The notes under the pieces: model-generated
Told to the model about the DNA's origin: nothing
Databases searched by the model: none
Seen by the model: only the letters and a program-made list of their open reading frames with translations
Translations under genes and position numbers: made by a program
Shown here: positions 1-11,100 of the stretch, one piece after another
Position numbering within the stretch: the stretch's first letter is position 1
How the letters are laid out: the number at the start of each line of letters is the position of its first letter
IMG/VR virus record: IMGVR_UViG_3300032053_000002
Location: 1 to 64,000 of that record
Length of the DNA stretch: 64,000 bases
Strand: one strand, 5' to 3'

Positions 1-324
1 CGTGAATGTCTCCTTTTATTAGTGCAGCGGAAGCTGTTATCTGACCGTTACTCCAAAGAATTAATTGTGCGTTTGAACTAGATATTGAACCGGAACTTAC
101 ACTAAAACCGGCAATATATCCAGAACCAGTTGCTATTATATTTGCAGCGTATAAGTTATTAGCGTGAATGTCTCCTTTTATTAGTGCAGCGGAAGCTGTT
201 ATCTGACCGTTACTCCAAAGAATTAATTGTGCGTTTGAACTAGATATTGAACCGGAACTTACACTAAAACCGGCAATATATCCAGAACCGGTTGCGATTA
301 TATTATTTGCATATAAATTAACCG
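1..324 (-). repeat. 162-bp (54 aa) tandem repeat; further copies at ~3100-3420
   Basis: cgtgaatgtctccttttattagtgcagcggaagctgtt... starts at 1 and again at 163. Confidence 0.9.
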
Positions 325-3300
325 CGTGAATATCACCACGAATCAAAGAGTTTGATGCGGTTATTTGACCGCTGTCTCCGCGAAGAATTAATGTAGAATT
401 TGCACTAGTTATGGCATTAGATGATATTGAAAATCCACCTATTGTACCGGCCGTAGCGTTTAAAGAACCCGTGATTTGAAGAGTTGATATTCCCGGATTC
501 CAAGCCATTCCATTATTAGCATCTCCGACAGAAAAATATCCGTTATCAAACCAGTGATTATATCCGTCGATCCACGAACCGCTTCCCTGAATGAATTGCG
601 GGAATCGGCTGCTCGCGCCAACGTTTTTACCGAGTCGCATTCCACCAGCATGAACTACTCCAGTGAATGAACCAGTTGTCGCAGTTACTTTCCCAGAAAA
701 ATATCCGTTTTCAGTATAGATACCATATCCAGGAGAAGTATCGCCATAAAGATACGCCGGTGACAATCCTTTTAAGTCCCCAATTCGTGCTTTCAATAAT
801 ACATCAAATACCCCGCTACCTGTTCTTTCTATTATATCCATAAATGGTGCGTATGGGTCTCGGGGATTAGCATTTAATTTAATAAATCCGCTCCCACTTA
901 TTCCAGTGGAAACCAGAACCTGACCCGGCTCATAAGAACCGGTTACAGACCCAGTATAATTGACTAACGGGATTCCCAACGAATCGACTAATTGCGGATG
1001 TTGCCATACTTTGTTGCTTTGATAACTTCTGGAAACGTAAAGTTTTCCATTAAACGTGTTGGAATTGTCGCTATCAAAAGACCAACTTGCCACTCTTACA
1101 TATTCAGTAGAAAATCCGGTATCACTTACTTTTTTAACAAGAATAATTTCGCCGACTGCCCAACCACTTGCATTTTCTACGCTCCACGTAGCAAAAGTTG
1201 GGTTAGTAGGATTCGAACTTGATGTCACACTTCCACTCAATACAGTAGAATTTGCAATCCACAATTCGCCTCCGACTGCATTAACACTTTCTTTTTCAAA
1301 AACCGTGGTTCTTAACGTTCCTCTAATTTTCGCATTCTCAAATTCTGCGAAACCGTTGAAATCGCTAGTTATTCGCCACCCAACCAAATTACTTACATAA
1401 TTAGCAGATTGAATTGTTCCATTACTGTTGATAATTATATTACTTGCGGTTATTTGAGCATTATCAAAATACCAACCGCCAATTTTATTTGTTGACCCCA
1501 ATTGAAATGATGTATTACCCCCGCCAACTCCTATAATACCCCAATTGGTTGCGTCAGTATAATGCATCTTAACATAGTCTGTCGCAGAACTGCTTACTTG
1601 AATGTATCTATTGAAAGAGTTTAATTCTACAGACCCAGATGATAAAGAAGTAGGCGAGATTCTCCAGCCACCGATTAAACCGCTTCCAGTTGCTATTATA
1701 CTGTTAGCGTATATGTCCCCGCGAATCAACGCTGACGATGCAGTTATTTGACCACTATCACCACGAAGAATCAAAGAATTATTTGAACTAGAAATAGCGG
1801 TTGGTGTTATTGAAAATCCACCTATTGTACCAACAGTAGCATTTAATGAGCCGGTAATTCTTAATGTTGTTGCTCCAGGATCCCACGATAATCCGCTACT
1901 AGCATCTCCGACAGAAAAATATCCGTTATCAAACCAGTGATTATATCCATCAATCCATGAACCTGTGCCTTGAACGAATTGTGGAAATCTGCTGCTTGCA
2001 CCGACATTCTTTCCTAGTAACATTCCACCGGCATGGACTCTACCAGTAAATGAACCGGATGTGGCGACAATCTTTCCAGAAAAGTATCCGTTTTCAGTAT
2101 AGATACCATGTCCCGGACTAGTGTCACCAAAAAGTAATGATGGCGACAATCCAGTTAAATCTCCAATTCGTGCTCGTAGCCGTACATCATATACTCCACT
2201 ACCTGTTCTTTCAATTATATCTATGTATGGAGTATACGTGTCGCGAGGATTGGCATTCAATTTAATGTAACCGCTTCCGCTCAATCCAGTAGAAACTATT
2301 ACCTGTCCTGGTTCATAAGAACCGGTTATAGAACCACTGTCATGCACCAGTGGCGGGCCTCCAGGAATTACTAGTTGGGTATGTGCCCATTGAATATTGC
2401 TTTGGTAACTTCTGGAAACATAAAGTTTTCCGTTAAACTTTGTCAACCCATCTGATTCGAGCGACGAACTTACTATTTTTACATATTCTGTAGTGAATCC
2501 AGTATTGCTTACTTTTTTAACTAACGCGATTTCTCCAACTGCCCAACCGCTTGCATTATCCACACTCCAAGTAGCAAAAGTCGGAGATGTTGGGTCTGCA
2601 CTAGCAGTTAAACTACCGCTCAAAACCGTAGAATTAGCTATCCATAGTTGTCCACCAACAGCATTTACCGTTTCTTTTTCAAATACAGTCGTTTTTAATG
2701 TTCCGCGAATTTTAACGTTTTCAAATTCTGCATAACCATTGAAATCACTAGTTATTCGCCAACCGGATAAATCACTGACATAATTAGCGGTTTGCAAAGA
2801 ACCGTTGGAATCTATAATTATATTACTTGCGCTTATTCTAGTATTATCAAAAAGCCAACCGCCAATTTTATTAGCAGAACCGAGTTGAAACACCGTAGCA
2901 TTTCCGCCAACTCCTAATAAACCCCAATTGGTTGCGTCAGTATAATACATCTTTGTATAATCAGTTACAGAAGAACTTACCTGAATGTATCTATTGAAAG
3001 AGTTTAATTCTACAGACCCAGATGATAAAGAAGTAGGCGAGATTCTCCAGCCACCGATTAAACCGCTTCCAGTTGCTATTATACTGTTAGCCGTTATATC
3101 ACCTTTTATTAAAGCAGCGGAAGCTGTTATCTGACCGTTACTCCAGAGAATTAACTGCTGATTTGAACTAGAGATTGAACCGGAACTAATACCAAATCCG
3201 CCAATAATTCCGCTTCCAGTTGCGATTATATTAGCAGCGTATAAATTATTGGCGTGAATGTCGCCCTTTATTAAAGCGGCGGAAGCTGTTATTTGACCGT

Positions 3301-6300
3301 TACTCCAGAGAATTAACTGAGCATTCGAACTAGAAATTGAACCGGAACTTACACTAAAACCGGCGATATATCCAGAACCAGTTGCGATTATATTATTTGC
3401 ATATAAATTAACCGCGTGTATATCTCCGCGAATTAAAGCATTGGAAGCGGTAATCTGACCAGTGCTTACTATCTGACCGGTACTCCCGCTTAAATATACC
3501 GCACCATTAACACTGGTAAGAGCATCAGCCGCGATTTTCCACCCGCCAATTGTTCCAACTACGGCATTCAATGAACCTGAAATCTGTAACGTTGCCGTTC
3601 CAGGATTCCAAAACAACCCGCTATTAACATCTCCAACAGAAAAATATCCGTTATCAAACCAGTGGTTGTATCCGTCTATCCACGAACCTGTGCCTTGAAC
3701 AAATTGCGGAAATCTACTGCTTGCACCGATGTTTTTACCAAGCCGCATTCCACCGGCATGAACTACTCCCGTGAATGAACCGGTTGTCGCAGTTACTTTC
3801 CCAGAAAAATATCCATTTTCAGTATAGATACCGTGTCCTGGACTGGTATCTCCATAAAGATATGCCGGCGACAGTCCAGACAAATCTCCAATTCGAGCCC
3901 TAAGTAATACATCGTACACCCCGCTTCCGGTACGTTCTATTATGTCTATGTATGGAGTATATACATCTCTCGGGTTAGCATTTATTTTGATATAACCGCT
4001 TCCACTTATTCCAGTAGAAACAATTACTTGGCCTGGTTCATAAGAACCGGTTATAGAACCACTGTCATGAACTAGAGGCGGCCCGCCCGGAATTACCAGT
4101 TGTGGATGTGCCCATTGTAGATTGCTTTGGTAACATCGTTGTACATAAAGTTTTCCGTTAAACTTGGTTGAACTATCAACGTCGCGAGACGAACTCATTA
4201 TTCGAACATATTCAGTAGAAAATCCGGTATCCGTTACTTTTTTAACGAGCGCGATTTCTCCAACTGCCCAACCACTCGCATTTTCTACGCTCCAGGTGCA
4301 AAATGATGCGACGGATGGGTCTGAACTGGCAGATATGCTTCCACTTATAACAGTAGAATTTGCTACCCATAATTGTCCTCCGACCGCATTAACCGTTTCT
4401 TTCTCAAATACGGTCGTGCGAAGAGTTCCTCTAATTTTCGCATTTTCAAATTCTGCGTAACCATTGAAGTCGCTAGTTATTTTCCACCCAGTCAAATCAC
4501 TAACATAATTGGACGTTTGAATAGTTCCATTACTGTTCAGAATTAAATTATTACTATAAATTGTCGAAGGCGAAATTGACCATCCACCAATAGATGCAGA
4601 TCTAAATAATGCGTATCCATCTGTATCAATGGAAGAACTTGCGTTTTCTCTGGTTGATGGAGAACCCGCAATAGTTGCCGGAGTACGTATAGAATTAGCA
4701 GTAACAGAACCTAAAATAGTAACATCTTCAGTAATCGTTCCACCAGTAAAGAGTACATGGCTCGCGGTTATATCTCCGTCCTTACTCACAAAAAAGTGAG
4801 AAGAAGAAATCGTTCCGTCGCCAGACAATACAAGCGTGCTTCCCGGAGACGATAAAGACGCACTATTTATATTCCACCCACCAATAGAACCGGACATGAA
4901 ATGAACATACCCTTGTTGAGTTATCGCGGCTCGATAATAATTTCCAGAATTCGGATCATAATACGCACTAGCCGTTTCGTCACCAGTTATTCCACCAAGC
5001 GGAACTAAAATTCTATTTGCTTCGATACCACCAGAAAAATAACCATCCGTTGCGTAAATAGAACCAGTAATTTCAAGACGACCGGTATCAGTCCTAAAAC
5101 GAAGCGCGTGCGTTTCGCCTCTTCCAGTAGACGGATTTATCGCAGACGCACTTCCGCCATGAAGTTCAAGTCCAATTCCCCGATATAGTCCGGTACTTAA
5201 ATCATCCAACGCCGAACCGCTCCAAATCATGAAACCGCCCGGACCGGTTCCATCTGTCGCTCTATAATATCCTTGATATAACACATCTTTCAAATATGAT
5301 GCGCGAGTTCCGTCCGATGCGCCAACCGAAGTAAGTTGAATTCCGCCATCAATTCTATTACCAACAAAAATTGAACCGGTTAATAGATTGTCTTCACCGG
5401 AGATATAAACATTTCCTCCTTCATAAAATACTTCAGATGATGTAGCAAACAGAGTCGCTCTATCTCCTCGATAAGTGTAAAACTCCGTCTTAAATTCTAA
5501 AGTATCTTGCCTTTGCCAAGAAGGGGTCGGAATAGTGAATGACGCCAAATCAGGAGAAAATCCGGTTTCTTGCGAAACTCTCAATGAAACATCACTAATA
5601 TGCCAGTCGCCAGAGTCAATAACAAATCTAATGTGCCCATCCCCGTCTTTGTCGGCTATAAAGTTGATAGAAACTTTACCAAAACTTCTTTCGGCTACAT
5701 TATCCGTATCCGTTAAATTTATTTCGCGAATACGTTTTCCATTTCCGGAAAACTCGATAAATCCACCACCCGCCGCCATTGAGGTTGGAAGCTCAGTAAA
5801 TGCGGATCCGGACACAAAAATTAGTAATCTTGCGCTAGGAACGTCTATCATGCGCGTGATGGCGACTCTTTTATATTTTTTTATTGCGTATAACTTTACG
5901 TCTAGAGAATACTCGACATCTTTGTAAAAATTCGTTTTCTGAAGCGGATAAACGGTATAATAATCGCGATACAATCTAATACCCGAACTACCCGTAACAT
6001 ACATAGCGTCTAATAATTTTTCACTGGTATGTGTTAAGGATGGGCCGGTCATACTAGAAGTTGACGATAATACGGACGCCGTCCAGAAACTATCTATTGT
6101 ACCCTGACCATAAAAATATCCATATCGTTCATTTGTATTTACAGATTCAGAATCAATCATCAATTCTTTGGACTCAAGTACTGATTCGCCTATCAATTCA
6201 TAATCCCGTTCAGAACCAACGGATTTAGCATATAATTTTATTGAGTAGACATCTCCAGAAAAAACACTCATATTCGCAACAGTTGCTTTAACAAAAGACC

Positions 6301-7168
6301 TATAATTTTCTGTTAGAGAATATGTAGGCGCGGTTTCATACACTAAAGTATATGGACTCGCATTAAAATTTTTGGAGCCATAAGTATTAACACCCATTAT
6401 CGTACTAGTATACACTTGTGGATAAAGTCTATAATCTTCCGCAGTTGGTAAATATGGATTTTGTGCAACCGCCGTATATGCATTAGTAATAGATCTAATT
6501 CTAGTTACATACGATTGACTATTTCCATATACAACATCAGGTATTGGAACTGTTAATAATCCACCAATCATTTGATAATTAAATTGAGCCCCCGCCCACA
6601 TTGATATATTATAGTTGGAACCGACCGCTCTACCTATTACAAGGCCTGAACTATAAGTAATTGTTTCTGGACTAGAACTGGTGGAGTATGTTCGGACTAG
6701 ATATGGAGTAAAAAGTTCTTCGGTGATTACTCTAGGAAGTGAATAAAATCTAATCGGCGAAGAATTTCGCAAAGATGGGTTGACCATAATGCTTTTTTGC
6801 CATCTGATATTGGGAATTCCTTGCCATTCAATTGGAACATTTTTAGCTTCACCGACAACAGTTATAAGACCTTCACCATATTCTTCATCGGGATATACAT
6901 AAACGGAAACAAAACGAGACGCTCCTTCAACATAGTCGGGATATTCAGAATAGATTACTTTTCCGTTTTCATTTAAAACTTCCACATGAACTTCGGAATT
7001 AAGTTTTAATAAATCAGAACCATTTATACGAAACGCGGTTTTCCCAGCGGGGAAAATCTCAGGAATGTCAAATATTCTAAAATATCTAGAATTTGAATCA
7101 TTGTCAATTATGTATACAGGTATTCGCTCCAACCCAACATAATCGTTGTGTTTTTTCAAAACGGACAT
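1..7168 (-). CDS. Giant repeat-containing tail fibre/virion structural protein (>2380 aa, truncated by window edge)
   Basis: Not in the ORF track. ATG at 7168 follows GGAG RBS and ATATTTATA motif (MSVLKKHNDYVGLERIPVYII...). The same frame was open wherever I translated it (7168-5000, ~4550-3550, 1-100); I did not check every codon. Gly/Ser/Thr-rich beta-type repeats (VFEKETVNAVGGQLWVANS, RARIGDLSGLSP, NGQITASAALIKGDIHA). Confidence 0.85.
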   Translation of the reverse strand, partial: MSVLKKHNDYVGLERIPVYIIDNDSNSRYFRIFDIPEIFPAGKTAFRINGSDLLKLNSEVHVEVLNENGKVIYSEYPDYVEGASRFVSVYVYPDEEYGEGLITVVGEAKNVPIEWQGIPNIRWQKSIMVNPSLRNSSPIRFYSLPRVITEELFTPYLVRTYSTSSSPETITYSSGLVIGRAVGSNYNISMWAGAQFNYQMIGGLLTVPIPDVVYGNSQSYVTRIRSITNAYTAVAQNPYLPTAEDYRLYPQVYTSTIMGVNTYGSKNFNASPYTLVYETAPTYSLTENYRSFVKATVANMSVFSGDVYSIKLYAKSVGSERDYELIGESVLESKELMIDSESVNTNERYGYFYGQGTIDSFWTASVLSSTSSMTGPSLTHTSEKLLDAMYVTGSSGIRLYRDYYTVYPLQKTNFYKDVEYSLDVKLYAIKKYKRVAITRMIDVPSARLLIFVSGSAFTELPTSMAAGGGFIEFSGNGKRIREINLTDTDNVAERSFGKVSINFIADKDGDGHIRFVIDSGDWHISDVSLRVSQETGFSPDLASFTIPTPSWQRQDTLEFKTEFYTYRGDRATLFATSSEVFYEGGNVYISGEDNLLTGSIFVGNRIDGGIQLTSVGASDGTRASYLKDVLYQGYYRATDGTGPGGFMIWSGSALDDLSTGLYRGIGLELHGGSASAINPSTGRGETHALRFRTDTGRLEITGSIYATDGYFSGGIEANRILVPLGGITGDETASAYYDPNSGNYYRAAITQQGYVHFMSGSIGGWNINSASLSSPGSTLVLSGDGTISSSHFFVSKDGDITASHVLFTGGTITEDVTILGSVTANSIRTPATIAGSPSTRENASSSIDTDGYALFRSASIGGWSISPSTIYSNNLILNSNGTIQTSNYVSDLTGWKITSDFNGYAEFENAKIRGTLRTTVFEKETVNAVGGQLWVANSTVISGSISASSDPSVASFCTWSVENASGWAVGEIALVKKVTDTGFSTEYVRIMSSSRDVDSSTKFNGKLYVQRCYQSNLQWAHPQLVIPGGPPLVHDSGSITGSYEPGQVIVSTGISGSGYIKINANPRDVYTPYIDIIERTGSGVYDVLLRARIGDLSGLSPAYLYGDTSPGHGIYTENGYFSGKVTATTGSFTGVVHAGGMRLGKNIGASSRFPQFVQGTGSWIDGYNHWFDNGYFSVGDVNSGLFWNPGTATLQISGSLNAVVGTIGGWKIAADALTSVNGAVYLSGSTGQIVSTGQITASNALIRGDIHAVNLYANNIIATGSGYIAGFSVSSGSISSSNAQLILWSNGQITASAALIKGDIHANNLYAANIIATGSGIIGGFGISSGSISSSNQQLILWSNGQITASAALIKGDITANSIIATGSGLIGGWRISPTSLSSGSVELNSFNRYIQVSSSVTDYTKMYYTDATNWGLLGVGGNATVFQLGSANKIGGWLFDNTRISASNIIIDSNGSLQTANYVSDLSGWRITSDFNGYAEFENVKIRGTLKTTVFEKETVNAVGGQLWIANSTVLSGSLTASADPTSPTFATWSVDNASGWAVGEIALVKKVSNTGFTTEYVKIVSSSLESDGLTKFNGKLYVSRSYQSNIQWAHTQLVIPGGPPLVHDSGSITGSYEPGQVIVSTGLSGSGYIKLNANPRDTYTPYIDIIERTGSGVYDVRLRARIGDLTGLSPSLLFGDTSPGHGIYTENGYFSGKIVATSGSFTGRVHAGGMLLGKNVGASSRFPQFVQGTGSWIDGYNHWFDNGYFSVGDASSGLSWDPGATTLRITGSLNATVGTIGGFSITPTAISSSNNSLILRGDSGQITASSALIRGDIYANSIIATGSGLIGGWRISPTSLSSGSVELNSFNRYIQVSSSATDYVKMHYTDATNWGIIGVGGGNTSFQLGSTNKIGGWYFDNAQITASNIIINSNGTIQSANYVSNLVGWRITSDFNGFAEFENAKIRGTLRTTVFEKESVNAVGGELWIANSTVLSGSVTSSSNPTNPTFATWSVENASGWAVGEIILVKKVSDTGFSTEYVRVASWSFDSDNSNTFNGKLYVSRSYQSNKVWQHPQLVDSLGIPLVNYTGSVTGSYEPGQVLVSTGISGSGFIKLNANPRDPYAPFMDIIERTGSGVFDVLLKARIGDLKGLSPAYLYGDTSPGYGIYTENGYFSGKVTATTGSFTGVVHAGGMRLGKNVGASSRFPQFIQGSGSWIDGYNHWFDNGYFSVGDANNGMAWNPGISTLQITGSLNATAGTIGGFSISSNAITSANSTLILRGDSGQITASNSLIRGDIHAVNLYANNIIATGSGYIAGFSVSSGSISSSNAQLILWSNGQITASAALIKGDIHANNLYAANIIATGSGYIAGFSVSSGSISSSNAQLILWSNGQITASAALIKGDIH
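440..4540 (-). repeat. Three ~1 kb near-identical modules within the giant tail gene (~4540-3560, ~2815-1820, ~1430-440)
   Basis: Highly similar DNA and protein modules at offsets of ~1725 and ~1386 bp. The three antisense shadow ORFs 1056-1400, 2493-2735 and 4164-4460 are paralogous. Confidence 0.9.
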
Positions 7169-7264
7169 AAAAAAATCTCCAATAATATACATATAAATAT
7201 AAAAAAATAAATGTTTTTATCGCTCTTTTTTATATTTATATAAAGGACAATAAAGGAGAATAAA

Positions 7265-7414
7265 ATGTTAAAAAACAGGAAAAGAGTTAGTTATTCAATC
7301 AGTAAAGATATATTGAAAAAATTTAACGAGCTTGGAAAAAAACTTGGCTCAAATAAATCTAAAGTGGTTGAGATTTTAATAGAACGATGGATAAAAGAAA
7401 ATGATAATAAATAA
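7265..7414 (+). CDS. Ribbon-helix-helix (CopG/Arc-like) DNA-binding protein, 49 aa
   Basis: Below ORF-track cutoff. MLKNRKRVSYSISKDILKKFNELGKKLGSNKSKVVEILIERWIKENDNK, AAGGAG RBS; alternating beta strand then helix-G-x-x-KS-helix pattern. Confidence 0.75.
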   Translation: MLKNRKRVSYSISKDILKKFNELGKKLGSNKSKVVEILIERWIKENDNK

Positions 7415-8114
7415 ATGGAAAAGAAATTGCCCTGAATGCAATAGAATTATTAAATATTCTACCAAATACTGTTTTAATACGGCCGTAAAGAAAAAAACAT
7501 CGTGCATTTCTTGTTCATTAATTGGTCATATTGTTTCAGATGCAACTCGTAAAAAAATAAGTAAAAAAAGAATTGAGTTAAAATTGGGCGTCGGAAACAA
7601 TAATCCGGCTAAACGAAACGATGTCCGCAAAAAAATTAGTAAGGCTCTTACGGGCAGAAAACGCAACCCATTTAGTCAATCATGGAAAGAAAACCTTAGC
7701 AATGCTCAAAAAATATGGAGGAAAAATCATCCAGAAGATAGAACGGGGAAAAATAGTCCTTTTTATGGAAGACACCACACAGAAGAAACAAAAAGAAAAA
7801 AACGGCTAATCGCGATAGAAAATATAAATAAAAGAAGTGGCCATCCCAGACCAAATTATAATCCAAAGTCTATCTCAATTTTGGAAGAGAAAGCAAAGGA
7901 GCTTGGAATAACGGATCTTCAACACGCTGAAAACGGTGGCGAGTTCTATATTAAAGATTTGGGATATTGGGTAGACGGTTACAGTAAAGAAAAGAATATA
8001 GTTATTGAGTATTATGAAAAACGCCACAAAACGCGGAAAGATCGTGACGAAAGAAGAAGATTGGAAATAACAGAAAAATTAAAATGCAATTTTATAGAAA
8101 TACGAGAATATTAA
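7401..8114 (+). CDS. Putative homing endonuclease: Zn-finger + NUMOD3 repeats + C-terminal Vsr/DUF559-like nuclease
   Basis: CPEC...CISC; NUMOD3-like HTEETKRK and SPFYGRHH; HAENGGE...YWVDGY...IVIEYYE..H; paralogous to 58582-59187. Confidence 0.75.
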   Translation: MIINKWKRNCPECNRIIKYSTKYCFNTAVKKKTSCISCSLIGHIVSDATRKKISKKRIELKLGVGNNNPAKRNDVRKKISKALTGRKRNPFSQSWKENLSNAQKIWRKNHPEDRTGKNSPFYGRHHTEETKRKKRLIAIENINKRSGHPRPNYNPKSISILEEKAKELGITDLQHAENGGEFYIKDLGYWVDGYSKEKNIVIEYYEKRHKTRKDRDERRRLEITEKLKCNFIEIREY

Positions 8115-11100
8115 TCCATAATAATTTTACTGAAGCCGTTTTCTTTTTGAATTTCCAATGATATATCTACAAGATCTTTTACATAATAAAGATGCGAAAT
8201 CACAATAACAAAATCAAATTGATTTTTGAGATAGTCGAGCATCCGATAAAGATTATTGGCATTATCTGAATCCAGTGAACCGAACCCTTCATCGACCACT
8301 AGAAAATTTGGTCGGGGTAAACTGGTTATACTTAGTAATGCGACTCTCAATGCAACGGACGAAATGAACCGTTCCATTCCGCTAACTAGCTCTATCGGCC
8401 AGATATCCGTACCGCCATACGAAATTTTTGCGAAAATATCTTTTTCCTCGTTATCGACGCTTAAAATAATTCTGAAATCAACTACTTGCGACAGAATATT
8501 ATTTACTTCATTTTCTATTTGTGGAATGACGCTGGAGATCAATTGGAATGGGACTCCATCTCGTTCAACCGATTCCATATAATATTTATACGCATCATAA
8601 TTCTTTTCCAATTCCCGAACATAATCTATTTCTTCGTCCATTTTTCGCTGTTTTTCTTTATTGACTTCTATTTGTGCATTCAAACTCATAACTTCTTGTC
8701 CAACTTCATTGATTCTGGTTTCCACCATTCGCAATTTGCTCTCCCAATCATCTATTTTTGTTTGAACGATAAAGTTTTTTTGGATAATTTGTTTGTTGGT
8801 GTGATATAAAGAAATATTATTTTTAGTCTCTTCTATTTTTTTATTCAATAGTTGAAAATCTTTTTCAGATTGTATTATATTCGACTGAACCAAATTTATT
8901 TTGCTCTCCATATCCAAAAGTTCTTCTTTTAATCTATTGTATTCCGCATATTTTTCTTTGGTTTCTTTTTCAGATGCCAATTTGGTTTCAAAGTTTTTAA
9001 GTTTTTCCTCAAACCCCCGAACAACCAGTTTATCTCGATCAATATCTTCTTTTGTTTTAACTTTGCTTTTTATGAAGTTCTCATTTTCGGTACAACTGTC
9101 GCAAGAAGGATTGAAAACCAATTTTCCGAAATCTCCCAGTTGTTTCAACGCCGCATCTAACTTTATTTTATATTTATCATACGTGTGTTGAGTTTCGTCA
9201 TTACTTCTTTCCATTTCCTGATACATCACATACTTATCAACGATGTTCGAATCAATCATATTTATTTTATTTATCAATCCACTCTTTTCTACTGACAAAG
9301 ATTGCAAAGATAATTTTATATCATTCAATTGCATCTCTTTTTTCGGGAGCAGTTGGATATATTGTTCTAAATCGCTTTCTAATCTTTTAATGTCCGTGAT
9401 AGAAATGTCAATCTTGATCAGATTTTTAGTGAGATTTTTTATTTCCTCATTTATTTGTTTGTATAGTACGTCGCACTCATTTTTTATTCTATTTTTGTTT
9501 TCATATTCTTTTTCCAATCGCGCCAATAAAACTGATATTTCCGCCAAATCCTTTCCAAAATCCCTTTTTTCAAAATCCTGAAGAACCATACTTATTTTTT
9601 TCATTTCGTCGTTCGCGATATTATATAAATCCTGGCACACAAACAAATCTAAGAATCTCATTAGCAAAATCTTCCTATCAACCTGCCGCATGGATATGAA
9701 ATTATTTTTATCGGTTTGAGGCATCAGAGCGGTTAAAGAAAAATCATCAAAGTCGCCCAAATAATTTCGTATAACGATGTTTGTCGAGCTTCGTCTATCA
9801 CTGTTCAGAGATATTTTATCACCGTCGTCTTTCATGTAAAAATTGACATCAACATTTACGTCGCCGTTTTTATTCTTTTTTCCAAGCCGTTTTAATACGA
9901 ACTCTTTATCGTCAATCAAAAAATTCAGCTTTGAACTGAAATATGATTTTTTATTATTCAATACATTTATTGCTTTCCACGCTCTTGGCGACTTATCAAA
10001 TATAGAAAAACACAACGATTCGATAACATTGCTTTTCCCGTATGTATTCGGCCCGAACAATCCAACTATGCCTCTTAATTTCGTAAAATCTATTTTATTA
10101 TGATCCCCATAAGAAAACATATTCGAGAACTCAAAACTTTGCGGTTTCCAGACTATATTACGTTGTATATCCCTTTCGGGTAATTTCAGATTCATTTGTT
10201 CATTTAATTCAAATATACGATTCAGTAAATCTTCTTTAATATTATATTTTTTTTCTAAATATTCTTTAATCAGTTGATTCTGATAATTTATATCTCGTAT
10301 GTCGCCGATATCGATTCGTTTGGATTGATTTGAAGTGGATTGTATTAAATCACCGACTCTCATCTCGATAATTTCTTCTATACATGGGTATTTCTGGCGA
10401 ATCTTGGATATTATTTCGGCAACTTGCGTTACCGATGTATTTCGAATCATCAGACGAATTCTCGCCTTTGAAGGCAAATCACTAATATCTGGCATCGAAT
10501 TGGAGTCAACAATAAGAGTCACGTAGCCATAATCATTTTTAATTTCTATAAATTCTGATTCTCTATTAGGAATATTCCATTTTAGTATGCCGTGCTTTAA
10601 ATCCTCGCCAAAGCTTTGCTGCATTAGCGAACCGCAATATCCAACCGTCTTTTCTTTATTCAAATACTGATGCTTATGAATATCTCCCAGTATAACCATA
10701 TCAAATTCGTCAAAAATCTCCATTTTTATTTTTTCACTGTGAAGGCGAAAACCGGTATCAGATATGGCCTGGTTCACGATTCCGTGATAAACCGCTATTT
10801 TATTATTTCCTAATATTTTATTGGCAGTAATATATTTACTGGGCGAGTCAAAAATTGACATTACACTGAGTTTGATGTCCGCAATTTCATATACATCAGA
10901 ATTTTTCAAATAAAAAAGATTTTTATTATGTATATTTTTTATTACTGGACTAATGACATCCAGTCTAGTGGGATTTGCTAAATTACAGTCGTGGTTACCG
11001 GCGATTACTATGGTTGGAAGAATACCTGACATTTGTTTTAGGAACTCGAAAGTTAAATCAACTTGTTCAGGCGACATTTCCAATTTCGCATGCGCAATAT

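Noticed and set aside
1-4540. Repeats as CRISPR array or DGR template/variable repeat
   Set aside because: The repeats are long, in-frame coding units without spacers. Differences are not adenine-specific as far as I can see, and no reverse transcriptase is in the window.
992-5927. Plus-strand ORFs in the first 6 kb, and most other plus-strand ORFs in the track
   Set aside because: Antisense shadows of real minus-strand genes; no RBS or recognisable motifs.
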